Source of the DNA: Lachnospiraceae bacterium
GTDB taxonomy: Bacteria; Bacillota; Clostridia; Lachnospirales; Lachnospiraceae
Direction of reading: 5' to 3'
NCBI GenBank assembly: GCA_900752065.1
Contig: CAADTT010000136.1
Coordinates: forward strand, 34,439 to 98,438
Length of the DNA: 64,000 bases
A model generated the notes under the pieces. That model had not been told where the DNA came from. It saw nothing but the letters and a program-made list of their open reading frames with translations, and ran no database searches. Made by a program: the position numbers and the translations under genes. Shown piece by piece: positions 47,600 to 56,551 of this stretch; position 1 is the stretch's first letter, and the number at the start of each line of letters is the position of its first letter.

Positions 47600-49015
47600 A
47601 TGAAACAGAAGATTAGAAAAAGGGGCATAAGGATATTCCTTTTGCTTTGCTTTTTGATGGCGGCATCCGTCGGGATGTCCGGAAACAGAGCACAGGCGGC
47701 TCCGGTGAAAGGCTGGGTAACGGAGGGAAATGCCCGCTATTATTACCGGGAGGGTGAGAAAGTCCTCGGTTTACAGAAGATCGGAAAATACCAATATTAT
47801 TTTAATCTGAAGACAGGAAAAATGATACGAAACAAATGGAAGCTGATAAACAACAAGTATTATTTTTTCCTTTCGAATGGCAGAATGGCTGTCAGGCAGT
47901 GGATCAGAGGAAACTATTACGTCAATTCCAAAGGCGTCCGCGTGAGAAACCAATGGGTTGGAAAGAAGTTTCTGGGTGAAGACGGAAAATGGATCCGGAA
48001 CTTTAAAGGCGGCTGGCAGCAGATTGACGGTAAGTGGTACTATTATACAGCAAAGGGAAAGAAAAAGACCGGATGGATCACTTATAAGGGAAACCGCTAT
48101 TATCTGGATGCAAATGGCGTCCGTCTGACGAAAAAGCAGACGATTAATGAGAAGACCTATTTTTTTACAAAGAAGGGCGTAATGAAAAACAGCAGTTGGG
48201 TGAAAAGCGGCGGCTGGTATTATTATGCCAATGAGAGCGGCGTCTTGAATACAAAAGAACGCATCAATGCGAAAGCGCTCAGCAGCGCTACCATTATTGA
48301 ATATAACAGCGGCAGTCTGAAGGTCCGAATGCAGAAATTTTCAAATTACGGGACGAATTTCTGGACGGCACAGGTAAAGATCGCCAGTGTCAGCCAGATG
48401 AAGGCGGCTCTTTCCTATGGTACATATGGCGGAACCAGACAGACCACTTCCGATGCTGTCAAAAGTAATCATGCTATCATCGGCATCAACGGCAGCGCTT
48501 TTTCCTATGAGACGGGAAAACCGGGGTTTGATGCAGTGATGCTGAAAAACGGAAAGATCTATAATAAGGCGCTGGGAACCAGCTACTCCCTGATGGCAAT
48601 CGCAAATGACGGCACTATGTTCAGCCCGCCCCAGGGACTGAGCGCGGCACAGTTGAAAAAGAGCGGTGTGAGAGATACGTTTAACTTCGGCCCGATCCTT
48701 TTAAAAGAAGGGAAGCCGGCATCCCTTTATGACCAGGGATACCCAGAGGTTTATGCCAGCCCGGATATGACGGGAAGATACCCGCGTTCCGCAGTGGGAA
48801 TGGTTCGTCCGGGGGAATATGTTCTTCTGGTATCAAATGCGCCGGGGCTAACGCTGAAACAGATGCGGACGGTTTTCCGGCAGTATGGCTGCGTATACGC
48901 CTATAATCTGGACGGCGGCGGCTCCGCCACCATGTCCTACAAAGGCTATGTACTGAACAGCCCTACTGATGGGGTGGAACGTCCCTGCGGTGATTTTCTT
49001 TTATTTACAGAATAG
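47600..49015 (+). CDS. secreted cell-wall-binding-repeat protein with C-terminal phosphodiester glycosidase (NAGPA/DUF2233-like) domain
   Basis: Signal peptide present. Repeated GW..NGKWYYY choline/cell-wall-binding-like modules occur. C-terminal ...AYNLDGGGSATM motif. Confidence 0.75.
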   Translation: MKQKIRKRGIRIFLLLCFLMAASVGMSGNRAQAAPVKGWVTEGNARYYYREGEKVLGLQKIGKYQYYFNLKTGKMIRNKWKLINNKYYFFLSNGRMAVRQWIRGNYYVNSKGVRVRNQWVGKKFLGEDGKWIRNFKGGWQQIDGKWYYYTAKGKKKTGWITYKGNRYYLDANGVRLTKKQTINEKTYFFTKKGVMKNSSWVKSGGWYYYANESGVLNTKERINAKALSSATIIEYNSGSLKVRMQKFSNYGTNFWTAQVKIASVSQMKAALSYGTYGGTRQTTSDAVKSNHAIIGINGSAFSYETGKPGFDAVMLKNGKIYNKALGTSYSLMAIANDGTMFSPPQGLSAAQLKKSGVRDTFNFGPILLKEGKPASLYDQGYPEVYASPDMTGRYPRSAVGMVRPGEYVLLVSNAPGLTLKQMRTVFRQYGCVYAYNLDGGGSATMSYKGYVLNSPTDGVERPCGDFLLFTE

Positions 49016-49017
49016 TG

Positions 49018-49045
49018 CAAAACAGCCGGGTTTTCCCGGCTGTTT
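49018..49045. terminator. bidirectional intrinsic terminator between convergent genes
   Basis: AAAACAGCCGGG-tttt-CCCGGCTGTTTT. Confidence 0.85.
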
Positions 49046-49050
49046 TGCTG

Positions 49051-49911
49051 TTATAGGAAGCCGTTACAGGAGGTAATGGCGTCTGCGGGACAGATCTTTT
49101 TGCACTGGCCGCAGCGGATACACTCCAGATGGTTGGCATTCTGTACAGGGTCCACCTGCATCTTGCAAACTCTGGCGCAGGCCCCGCAATTGGTGCATTT
49201 CTCCTGATCTACCCGGTAGCGGAATACGGAAATCGGATTGAATACAGAGTAGATGGCTCCCAGTGGACATATGTATTTGCAGAAGGGGCGGTAGATGATG
49301 ATGGACAGAAAAATTGTCGCAAACAGCAGTAGATTTTTCCATGCATACAGCCAGCCGATGGTTCCCCGCAGTGCTTCGTTCAGCAGCACGAGGGGGATTC
49401 CGCCTTCCAGCGTTCCCACCGGGCAGATCAGTTTGCAGAAATAAGGTGATCCCTGACCGATCACATCCACCAGAAACAGAGGCAGAAGGATCACAAACAC
49501 AAGGAGGATCACATATTTCAGTTTTCGAAGCAGTTTATCTCCCCGAAAGGTTTTAATTTTTTTCGGGAAGGGGATCTTGTGCAGCAGATCCTGAATCAGC
49601 CCGAAGGGGCAGAGCCAGCCGCAGACAAATCTTCCGATCAAAGCCCCCACAAACATGAGAAATCCTGCTGCATAAAAGGCAAATTTAAAATTCCAGCTTC
49701 CGATCACCGCCTGCATTGCCCCGATGGGACAGGCGCCTGCCGCGCCCGGGCATGAGTAGCAGTTCAAACCCGGAACGCAGAGATTTTTCAGTTTTCCTTT
49801 ATAAATCTTTCCCTGAACGAAACCAAGCAGATAGCTGTTCGTCAGGAGCGCCCATAAAGCCTGTATCCGGTGGCGGGGCCATTCACTTGTTTTTTTCTTT
49901 CTTTTATCCAA
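49051..49911 (-). CDS. polytopic membrane 4Fe-4S ferredoxin-type protein (NapH/MauN-like)
   Basis: C-terminal 2x[4Fe-4S] motifs ([11 protein letters not shown]...[12 protein letters not shown]) plus N-terminal CxxC pairs. Multiple TM helices. Confidence 0.8.
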   Translation of the reverse strand: MDKRKKKTSEWPRHRIQALWALLTNSYLLGFVQGKIYKGKLKNLCVPGLNCYSCPGAAGACPIGAMQAVIGSWNFKFAFYAAGFLMFVGALIGRFVCGWLCPFGLIQDLLHKIPFPKKIKTFRGDKLLRKLKYVILLVFVILLPLFLVDVIGQGSPYFCKLICPVGTLEGGIPLVLLNEALRGTIGWLYAWKNLLLFATIFLSIIIYRPFCKYICPLGAIYSVFNPISVFRYRVDQEKCTNCGACARVCKMQVDPVQNANHLECIRCGQCKKICPADAITSCNGFL

Positions 49912-50053
49912 TTCCGATACACTCCAGACATATTTTTGTAGCTTTTTCCAGTACCACCGCCGCTTCTCCGCGGCTGATGCCGTAGACCATCAGGGCAAGC
50001 CCCAGAGCCGCCACACCGATTCCGCACCAGCGGGAGAACTGCTCCCGGCGCAT
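49904..50053 (-). CDS. CD1871A-like small CXXC-motif membrane protein (49 aa)
   Basis: [25 protein letters not shown]...[10 protein letters not shown]. Start overlaps the upstream stop by 1 nt (TGATG); the 3' end overlaps the 4Fe-4S gene by 8 nt. Confidence 0.6.
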   Translation of the reverse strand: MRREQFSRWCGIGVAALGLALMVYGISRGEAAVVLEKATKICLECIGIG

Positions 50054-50814
50054 CAGTTGGCTCCTTTCAGGTTGGAAAGTTCTTTCTCGACAACGGACTT
50101 CCAATCCTCAAAGCTGCGGCTGCCTACGTAGGTTTCTCCTACGATATTACCGTCTTTATCCACAAAGAAGGTTTCCGGAACAGAATCAATGTTATTCAGC
50201 CTTCCGTTCATCTTTGTTTCATCCGGCAGCAGGAAGGGGTAGGAAGCACCCGTTTTTTCTGCGATCAGCTTTGCTTTTTCCACAGCCTCCTCATTGATAT
50301 TTCCGGTTCCGTCGTCGGCATCCAGGACTACGCCGATGACATTGACACCTTTTTCGGCCATCTCATCTTTGAGCTTTTGCAGCTCCGGAATCTCGCCGAC
50401 ACAGGGGGTGCACCAGGTGGTGAACAGATTTATCATGGTCAGGTCATAATCCTTAAACATTTCTTCCGTATATTCTGTTTCATGAATATCCCTGATTTTA
50501 AAACTGCCGAGATTTTTGACAGGAGCCGGATCTACACCGGGATCGATGATACTTTCAGAAAAAGCGGAATTCTGATCAAAAGGCGCTGGTTCCGTAAGCT
50601 CGGTCGTGATCTGCTTCACCTCATCGGTCAGCTCCTCATCTGAGAGTTCCATTTCTTCGGCTGCCTCTGTGGAATTTTCCGGTGCAGCCGTAGTTTCCTT
50701 TACTGTTTCTTTTACAGTTTCCTTCGTCTGCTCCTTTGAGCATCCCGTAAAAATTGTCATACTTAAAGTGCCTGCCAGAAAGAGGGCACAGATTCTATAA
50801 ATTCGTTTTTTCAT
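50053..50814 (-). CDS. TlpA-family thioredoxin-like lipoprotein (thiol-disulfide oxidoreductase)
   Basis: Lipobox IFTGC. A Glu/Thr-rich linker is followed by the WCTPC active site. Confidence 0.85.
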   Translation of the reverse strand: MKKRIYRICALFLAGTLSMTIFTGCSKEQTKETVKETVKETTAAPENSTEAAEEMELSDEELTDEVKQITTELTEPAPFDQNSAFSESIIDPGVDPAPVKNLGSFKIRDIHETEYTEEMFKDYDLTMINLFTTWCTPCVGEIPELQKLKDEMAEKGVNVIGVVLDADDGTGNINEEAVEKAKLIAEKTGASYPFLLPDETKMNGRLNNIDSVPETFFVDKDGNIVGETYVGSRSFEDWKSVVEKELSNLKGAN

Positions 50815-51277
50815 GTTGATCGTATCTCCTTTCTTTTGATGGTGTCATCATATCATACCTGACATAAAATCTTTGTTAAGAAAACATTATTTCTTCAATT
50901 TTTGTAAAAAAAGATGAAAAAACCCTGTGTGTCTTCATCACAGAAGGACTGCGGATGAACGGCTATGAGGCAGATCCCTGTCATGACGGTGCATGGGAGC
51001 TTCCAAGCGGAATATTCTTCTCATATTTTATACGATGCATAAAAATGATATAACGTGAATATAATAATAAATTTGGTTTTTTTCTATAATGAACAGTTGC
51101 TTATGTGGGAAAATTATGTTATGTTTTCAATGGAGGATTCGGTCTATACAATGAAATGACCGGACATGTGGGGAAAGCCGTCAGGCGAGTGACCATGAAT
51201 GCATATGAGATTGACAGTATTCAGGTTATTTACATCTGTGAAAAAGATTGTTAACGTTACATATAAGGAGGGATTTT

Positions 51278-52351
51278 ATGGCAAAAAATGATTTATTCAG
51301 GGTATCATTAATTGGAGGTTACAATAAGACAGATGTCGAAGAATATGTGAAAAACATGGAAAATGAAATTGAGTCTGTTAAAGTAATGTGTAAGAAAGAA
51401 AAAAATGACCTCATACGGCGTATAGACAACAATGAGGAAGCCTCGGTACTTCAAAAGGAGCTTTTGGAAAAGGATCTTCAGGAAGCGCAGGAGAAATTGA
51501 AGGTGGAAACGCAGGAGCTTCAGGAGACGAAGGAGGAGCTGAGGATAAGAACGCAGGAACTTCAGGAGACGAAGGAGGAGCTGAGGATAAGAACGCAGGA
51601 GCTTCAGAAGGCGGAGAAGGAACTGAGTGCAAGAACGCAGGAACTTCAGGAGCTTCAGGAGGAACTGAAGGCAAGAACGCAGGAGCTTCAGGAGGAACTG
51701 AGGGTAAGGACGCAGGAACTTCAGGAGGAGCTGAGAGGAAGGACGCAGGAACTTCAGGAGGAGCAGGAGCAGAAGACACAGGAATCTTTGGATGCGGATC
51801 ATCTTTGGGAAGCAGGGACAGATCAGGCTGCCGACACTACAGAGACGGATGCGCTTCTGCTTGAAAACAAGATGCTGAAACAGGAGCTCCAGGAGAAATC
51901 AGAAGAGCTTCTGATCCTGCAGCAGCAGTATAAACAACTGAAAACGGAAAATCAGGACGAAGGCTTTCTGGATCGGAATACGATTGCTGAAATCATGAGG
52001 GATGCAAGAGAAAATGCAAAGCTGATCAAAGAAGAAACGATGAAAGAGCGGGATAGAATGCTGGAGGCCGCACGGACTGAGGCAGAAAAATTAAAATCAG
52101 ATCTGCTGCTTCAGATGAACAGTGAGCTTGAAGATAAGGGAATCCAACTGATCGCTGCAAAGTATAAGATCATTCAATATATCAAGGAAGTAAAGTTCGC
52201 AGAAGAAGGGCTGTACAATATCCATTCAAGGATGAATAACCTGGTGGAGTCTATGACTGCCCGTCTGGATAATTACTGGGATGGAGAAAAGTACAAGATA
52301 CTGGAGGACACTCTTCGCGAGAGTGAAAATGTACATAAGGAAGGAAAGTAG
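51278..52351 (+). CDS. DivIVA-domain protein with long tandem-repeat coiled coil
   Basis: AAGGAGGG Shine-Dalgarno. The N-terminal DivIVA motif is FRVSLIGGYNKTDVEEYV. About 7 copies of the ELRxRTQELQE heptad-based repeats follow. Confidence 0.8.
   Translation: MAKNDLFRVSLIGGYNKTDVEEYVKNMENEIESVKVMCKKEKNDLIRRIDNNEEASVLQKELLEKDLQEAQEKLKVETQELQETKEELRIRTQELQETKEELRIRTQELQKAEKELSARTQELQELQEELKARTQELQEELRVRTQELQEELRGRTQELQEEQEQKTQESLDADHLWEAGTDQAADTTETDALLLENKMLKQELQEKSEELLILQQQYKQLKTENQDEGFLDRNTIAEIMRDARENAKLIKEETMKERDRMLEAARTEAEKLKSDLLLQMNSELEDKGIQLIAAKYKIIQYIKEVKFAEEGLYNIHSRMNNLVESMTARLDNYWDGEKYKILEDTLRESENVHKEGK
51500..51775 (+). repeat. in-frame tandem 42/33-nt repeats (RTQELQ units) inside DivIVA-domain gene
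   Basis: gagacgaaggaggagctgaggataagaacgcaggaacttcag is duplicated exactly, then degenerates. Confidence 0.85.
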
Positions 52352-52356
52352 ATCTT

Positions 52357-53511
52357 ATGGGACCGGAAAAGAAGCAAACCATCATGATTGTAGACGATTC
52401 AGAAATGAACCGGGCAATCCTGACAGAAATGCTGGCAGAAGAATACGGCATATTAGAGGCTGAAGACGGTCTTGAGGCGATAGAAATATTAAGTCATTCC
52501 TGGCATGAGGTTTCTCTGGTTCTTCTGGACCTCATGATGCCTAAGATGGATGGCTTTGCCGTATTAGAGTATATGAAAAAAATGCAATGGCTGGAAGAGT
52601 TTCCTGTTCTTATAATTTCCGCGGAAAGCGACTCTTCCCAGGTACAGCGTGCATATGAGATTGGTGCGACGGATTTTATCATACGCCCCTTTAACGCACT
52701 GATCGTTCACAAGCGTGTGAATAATACAATCCTTTTATATGAAAAGCAGAAGAGGCTGATGGGCATGTTGGCCGCGCAGATTTATGAAAAGGAGAAACGC
52801 AGCAGTATGCTGATCAATATTTTAAGCCATATTGTAGAATTTCGAAACGGAGAGAGCGGGCCTCATGTCATTCATGTGCGGGTGCTTACAGAGCTGCTGC
52901 TGGATGCACTGTGTAAACGGGACAGCCGCTATCAATTTACGGCTGCGGAGATTTCCATGATCGGAATGGCGTCTTCTCTTCATGATATCGGAAAAATTTC
53001 AATTGCCGAGGGAATCCTTAATAAGCCCGGAAGATTGACAGAAGAGGAGCGGGAAATCATGCAGACCCATTCCATGATCGGTGCGGAGATACTGGAGGAG
53101 CTGCCCGTCTACCAGAAAGAGCCGCTGGTAAAAATCGCCTGCCAGATCTGCCGCTGGCATCATGAGCGGTACGATGGAAATGGATACCCGGATGGACTGA
53201 AGGGAGATGATATTCCAATCTATGCCCAGATCGTGTCGATAGCGGATGTCTATGACGCCCTCACCAGTGAACGGGTGTATAAAAAGGCGTTTTCCCATGA
53301 AAAGGCTATAGAGATGATCTTAAACGGAGAGTGTGGTTCCTTTAACCCGCTGGTGCTGAAATGTCTGAATGACATCGAAAAAGAAATTCCCCAGCGGCTG
53401 AACAGCGAAGTAGAAAGGCATGACCGCAGAGAACTTAAAGATATCGTTCTGGAAAGCCTGGAGAATATGAATCTTTCCGTTTCCGAACAATATCTGGCTT
53501 TGCCGGAGTGA
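52357..53511 (+). CDS. response regulator with HD-GYP domain (c-di-GMP phosphodiesterase, RpfG-like)
   Basis: A receiver domain (IMIVDDSEMNR...LLDLMMPKMDG) is followed by HDIGK...HHERYDGNGYP. Confidence 0.85.
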   Translation: MGPEKKQTIMIVDDSEMNRAILTEMLAEEYGILEAEDGLEAIEILSHSWHEVSLVLLDLMMPKMDGFAVLEYMKKMQWLEEFPVLIISAESDSSQVQRAYEIGATDFIIRPFNALIVHKRVNNTILLYEKQKRLMGMLAAQIYEKEKRSSMLINILSHIVEFRNGESGPHVIHVRVLTELLLDALCKRDSRYQFTAAEISMIGMASSLHDIGKISIAEGILNKPGRLTEEEREIMQTHSMIGAEILEELPVYQKEPLVKIACQICRWHHERYDGNGYPDGLKGDDIPIYAQIVSIADVYDALTSERVYKKAFSHEKAIEMILNGECGSFNPLVLKCLNDIEKEIPQRLNSEVERHDRRELKDIVLESLENMNLSVSEQYLALPE

Positions 53512-53563
53512 TGTTTGCTGTATAATGTTCAAATTAAAATACAAAGGAAGAGGATGTGAAATT

Positions 53564-53926
53564 ATGACATTAAAGGAATGTTACGCCGTTCTCGGCGGAG
53601 GTTATGAAGATGTATTGGGAAGGCTCGGAAGCGAGCGCCTGGTTAAAAGGTTTGTATTAAAGTTTTTAGATGATCCAAGCTTTAGAATGTTGTCAGAAGC
53701 TCTGGAGAGTGAAAATTATGAAGAGGCTTTCCGGGCTTCCCATACGATAAAAGGAATATGCCAGAATCTGAGTTTTATGCATCTGCTGGAATCCAGCAGC
53801 AGATTGACGGAAGAGCTGCGTCCAGGCACGGCACCGGCATCTGATGAATTCTTCGCACAAGTGACGGCGGATTATAGCGCCGCTGCGGAAGCGATTCGTC
53901 AGTACCGTGATTCAGCCACAGCGTGA
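53564..53926 (+). CDS. stand-alone Hpt phosphotransfer protein
   Basis: HTIKG phosphorylatable His motif. AAAGGAAGAGGA Shine-Dalgarno. The longer ORF from 53525 is rejected. Confidence 0.8.
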   Translation: MTLKECYAVLGGGYEDVLGRLGSERLVKRFVLKFLDDPSFRMLSEALESENYEEAFRASHTIKGICQNLSFMHLLESSSRLTEELRPGTAPASDEFFAQVTADYSAAAEAIRQYRDSATA

Positions 53927-53983
53927 CAGATATCAAAATCATTCCTGAATTTTGACGCATAGAATGCGGAGTGGGAGGTAGAA

Positions 53984-56551
53984 ATGAAAAACAGGATGAC
54001 ACGTGTTCTTACATGCACGATTATTGGGATATCTGTTCTGTGTATTTTTGTATTTATGATTATCACGGTCCGGATGAACCAGATGAGCCATGATACCATC
54101 GGACAGGTGGGGAATCTCTATATGTCAGGAACCAGCCAGAGGATCAAGACTCATTTTAATACGATTATTACCACCAGATTTACTTATGTAAAGGCTGTTT
54201 CGGAATATACACCTCCGGAGGAATACGGCAACAATGAAGAGGTCATGCGGGAGCGGCTGAGATACAGCGCCGAGGTACGGGATTTTGAATATCTGGCTTT
54301 AGGATCTGAAGAGCGGACCGAGGATGTTCTGTACGGAAGATCTTTACAGATTCTGGAAGAGGATGCTTTCTTTTCTGCATTGGACGCAGGAGAAGAAAAG
54401 GTGACCGTCGGTATTGACAAGAACGGGGAGCGTGTTCTTCTTCTGGGTATTCCTGCCGTTTATCCTATGAAAAACGGCGGAATGTCCAGTTCTCTGGTAG
54501 CGGGGATTTCCATTGAAAACATTAAGAGTATCCTTGCACTGGATGAGGAGGATGCACTGGTATTTTCCCATGTGGTTTTAAAAGACGGAACCTTCGTGAT
54601 CCGAAGCGGAGATGCCGTCAGGGATAATTATTTTACACGTATCCGGGAAATGTTTGAGCCTCTGGATGGAAAAGATGCGGAGCAGTATGTCAATGAGCTT
54701 GCTGGCGCAATGGAACGGGAGGAAGATTTTTCTACGGAATTTAAGGTAGACGGAGAGCGCAGATATCTTTATTGCAGCGCGCTGCCTTACAGTGATTGGT
54801 ATCTGATTACCATTATGCCTTATGGAGAACTGGATAAGGCTGTTTCCGAGCTTTCAAGCGGAATGCTCTCTAACGCCATAGTGTACTGCGTACTGCTTGT
54901 AGCGGCTATGCTGCTCGTCTTCGGCTGGTATATCCAACTGATAAAAAAACAGATGAAGGAGCTTGAGGAAGCACGCCTGGCAGCGGAGACAGCTAACAGG
55001 GCAAAGAGCGAATTTTTATCGAACATGAGCCATGACATCCGCACACCGATGAATGCCATCGTGGGAATGACAGCTATCGCAGCGGCAAATCTGGACAAGC
55101 CGGAAAAGGTGCAGGAATGCCTGAAAAAGGTTACGATATCAGGGAAGCATCTTTTGGGGCTTATCAATGATGTGCTGGATATGTCAAAAATAGAGAGCGG
55201 GAAAATTACGATGAATATAAGCCGGGTATCCCTGAAGGAAGCCATCGACAGTATCGTTGCGATTATTCAGCCCCAGGCGAAGTCAAAGCATCAGCAGTTT
55301 GATGTATTTATCCATGATATTTCTGCAGAGTATGTGCTGTGTGACGGTGTGCGGTTGAATCAGATCTTGATCAACCTGCTTTCAAATGCCGTAAAATTTA
55401 CTCCGGATGGCGGAAAAATAGAAATGGCCCTGTGGGAAAAGCCATCCCCTCTGGGCAGCAGGTACGTTCGTGTCTATCTGCGGGTAAAAGACACGGGCAT
55501 CGGTATGTCTGAGGAATTTCAAAAGAAAATTTTCGAGGCGTTTGCCCGCGAGGATATTGCCAGGGTCAACCGGACAGAGGGAACCGGGCTGGGAATGGCG
55601 ATCACGAAGTATATCGTAGATGCCATGAAGGGAACGTTGACTATAGACAGTGAATCCGGAAAGGGAACGGAGTGCAATCTTCACCTTGATTTTGAACGCC
55701 TGCCGGATAAAGAGATCAATATGGAGCTGCCCGCCTGGAACATGCTGCTGGTGGATGACGACAGACAGCTTTGTGAAAGTACAGTGGCTTCTCTGAAAGA
55801 TATGGGGATCCGGGCAGAATGGGCGCTGGATGGAGAGATGGCCCTGAAGATGATCGAAGACCGTCATAAAAAACAGGAGGATTATCAGATTATCCTTCTG
55901 GACTGGAAGCTGCCCGGCATGGATGGCATTGAAACAGCAGAGAAAATCCGCAGCCGTTTATGCAAAGATATCCCCATCCTTCTGATTTCTGCTTACGACT
56001 GCACCGAGATCGAAGAACATGCAAGGGAAGCAGGGATCAACGGCTTTATTGGAAAGCCACTGTTTAAGTCTACGCTTTTCTATGGATTAAGGGAACATAT
56101 GCAGAAAATTGAGAAACCCTTGGAGTCTGAGAAACATCCAGAAGATTTTGAAGGAAAACGCATTCTGCTGGCAGAGGACAACGAACTGAACTGGGAAGTG
56201 GCAGAAGCGCTTCTGGAGGATCTGGGACTTGAACTGGAGTGGGCGGAAAACGGACAGATCTGCGCCGAAAAATTTGCACAGTCCCCTGTTGGATTTTATG
56301 ACGCAGTGCTTATGGATCTTAGGATGCCGAAGATGAACGGCTATGAGGCGGCGGATGCGATCCGTGCCTCGGGACGGCCTGACGCGGATATTCCTATCCT
56401 CGCTATGACGGCTGATGTTTTTTTGGAGGATATTGAGAGGTGCCACGAACACGGCATGAATGGCCATGTGCCGAAGCCCATTCAGGTAGAAGAGGTTGCA
56501 AGGCTTCTGGAAGGCTTCTGGAAAGAAAGGCAGGCGAATAGCTGTGAATGA
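53984..56551 (+). CDS. hybrid sensor histidine kinase (2 TM + periplasmic sensor, HisKA, HATPase, two receiver domains)
   Basis: H-box [11 protein letters not shown]; GTGLGMAI; two REC modules (VDDD...DWKLPGMDG and AEDN...DLRMPKMNG). Confidence 0.85.
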   Translation: MKNRMTRVLTCTIIGISVLCIFVFMIITVRMNQMSHDTIGQVGNLYMSGTSQRIKTHFNTIITTRFTYVKAVSEYTPPEEYGNNEEVMRERLRYSAEVRDFEYLALGSEERTEDVLYGRSLQILEEDAFFSALDAGEEKVTVGIDKNGERVLLLGIPAVYPMKNGGMSSSLVAGISIENIKSILALDEEDALVFSHVVLKDGTFVIRSGDAVRDNYFTRIREMFEPLDGKDAEQYVNELAGAMEREEDFSTEFKVDGERRYLYCSALPYSDWYLITIMPYGELDKAVSELSSGMLSNAIVYCVLLVAAMLLVFGWYIQLIKKQMKELEEARLAAETANRAKSEFLSNMSHDIRTPMNAIVGMTAIAAANLDKPEKVQECLKKVTISGKHLLGLINDVLDMSKIESGKITMNISRVSLKEAIDSIVAIIQPQAKSKHQQFDVFIHDISAEYVLCDGVRLNQILINLLSNAVKFTPDGGKIEMALWEKPSPLGSRYVRVYLRVKDTGIGMSEEFQKKIFEAFAREDIARVNRTEGTGLGMAITKYIVDAMKGTLTIDSESGKGTECNLHLDFERLPDKEINMELPAWNMLLVDDDRQLCESTVASLKDMGIRAEWALDGEMALKMIEDRHKKQEDYQIILLDWKLPGMDGIETAEKIRSRLCKDIPILLISAYDCTEIEEHAREAGINGFIGKPLFKSTLFYGLREHMQKIEKPLESEKHPEDFEGKRILLAEDNELNWEVAEALLEDLGLELEWAENGQICAEKFAQSPVGFYDAVLMDLRMPKMNGYEAADAIRASGRPDADIPILAMTADVFLEDIERCHEHGMNGHVPKPIQVEEVARLLEGFWKERQANSCE

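Noticed and set aside
51308-51802. 164-aa and 122-aa minus-strand ORFs
   Set aside because: They are generated by the antisense reading of the tandem RTQELQ repeats in the DivIVA-domain gene.
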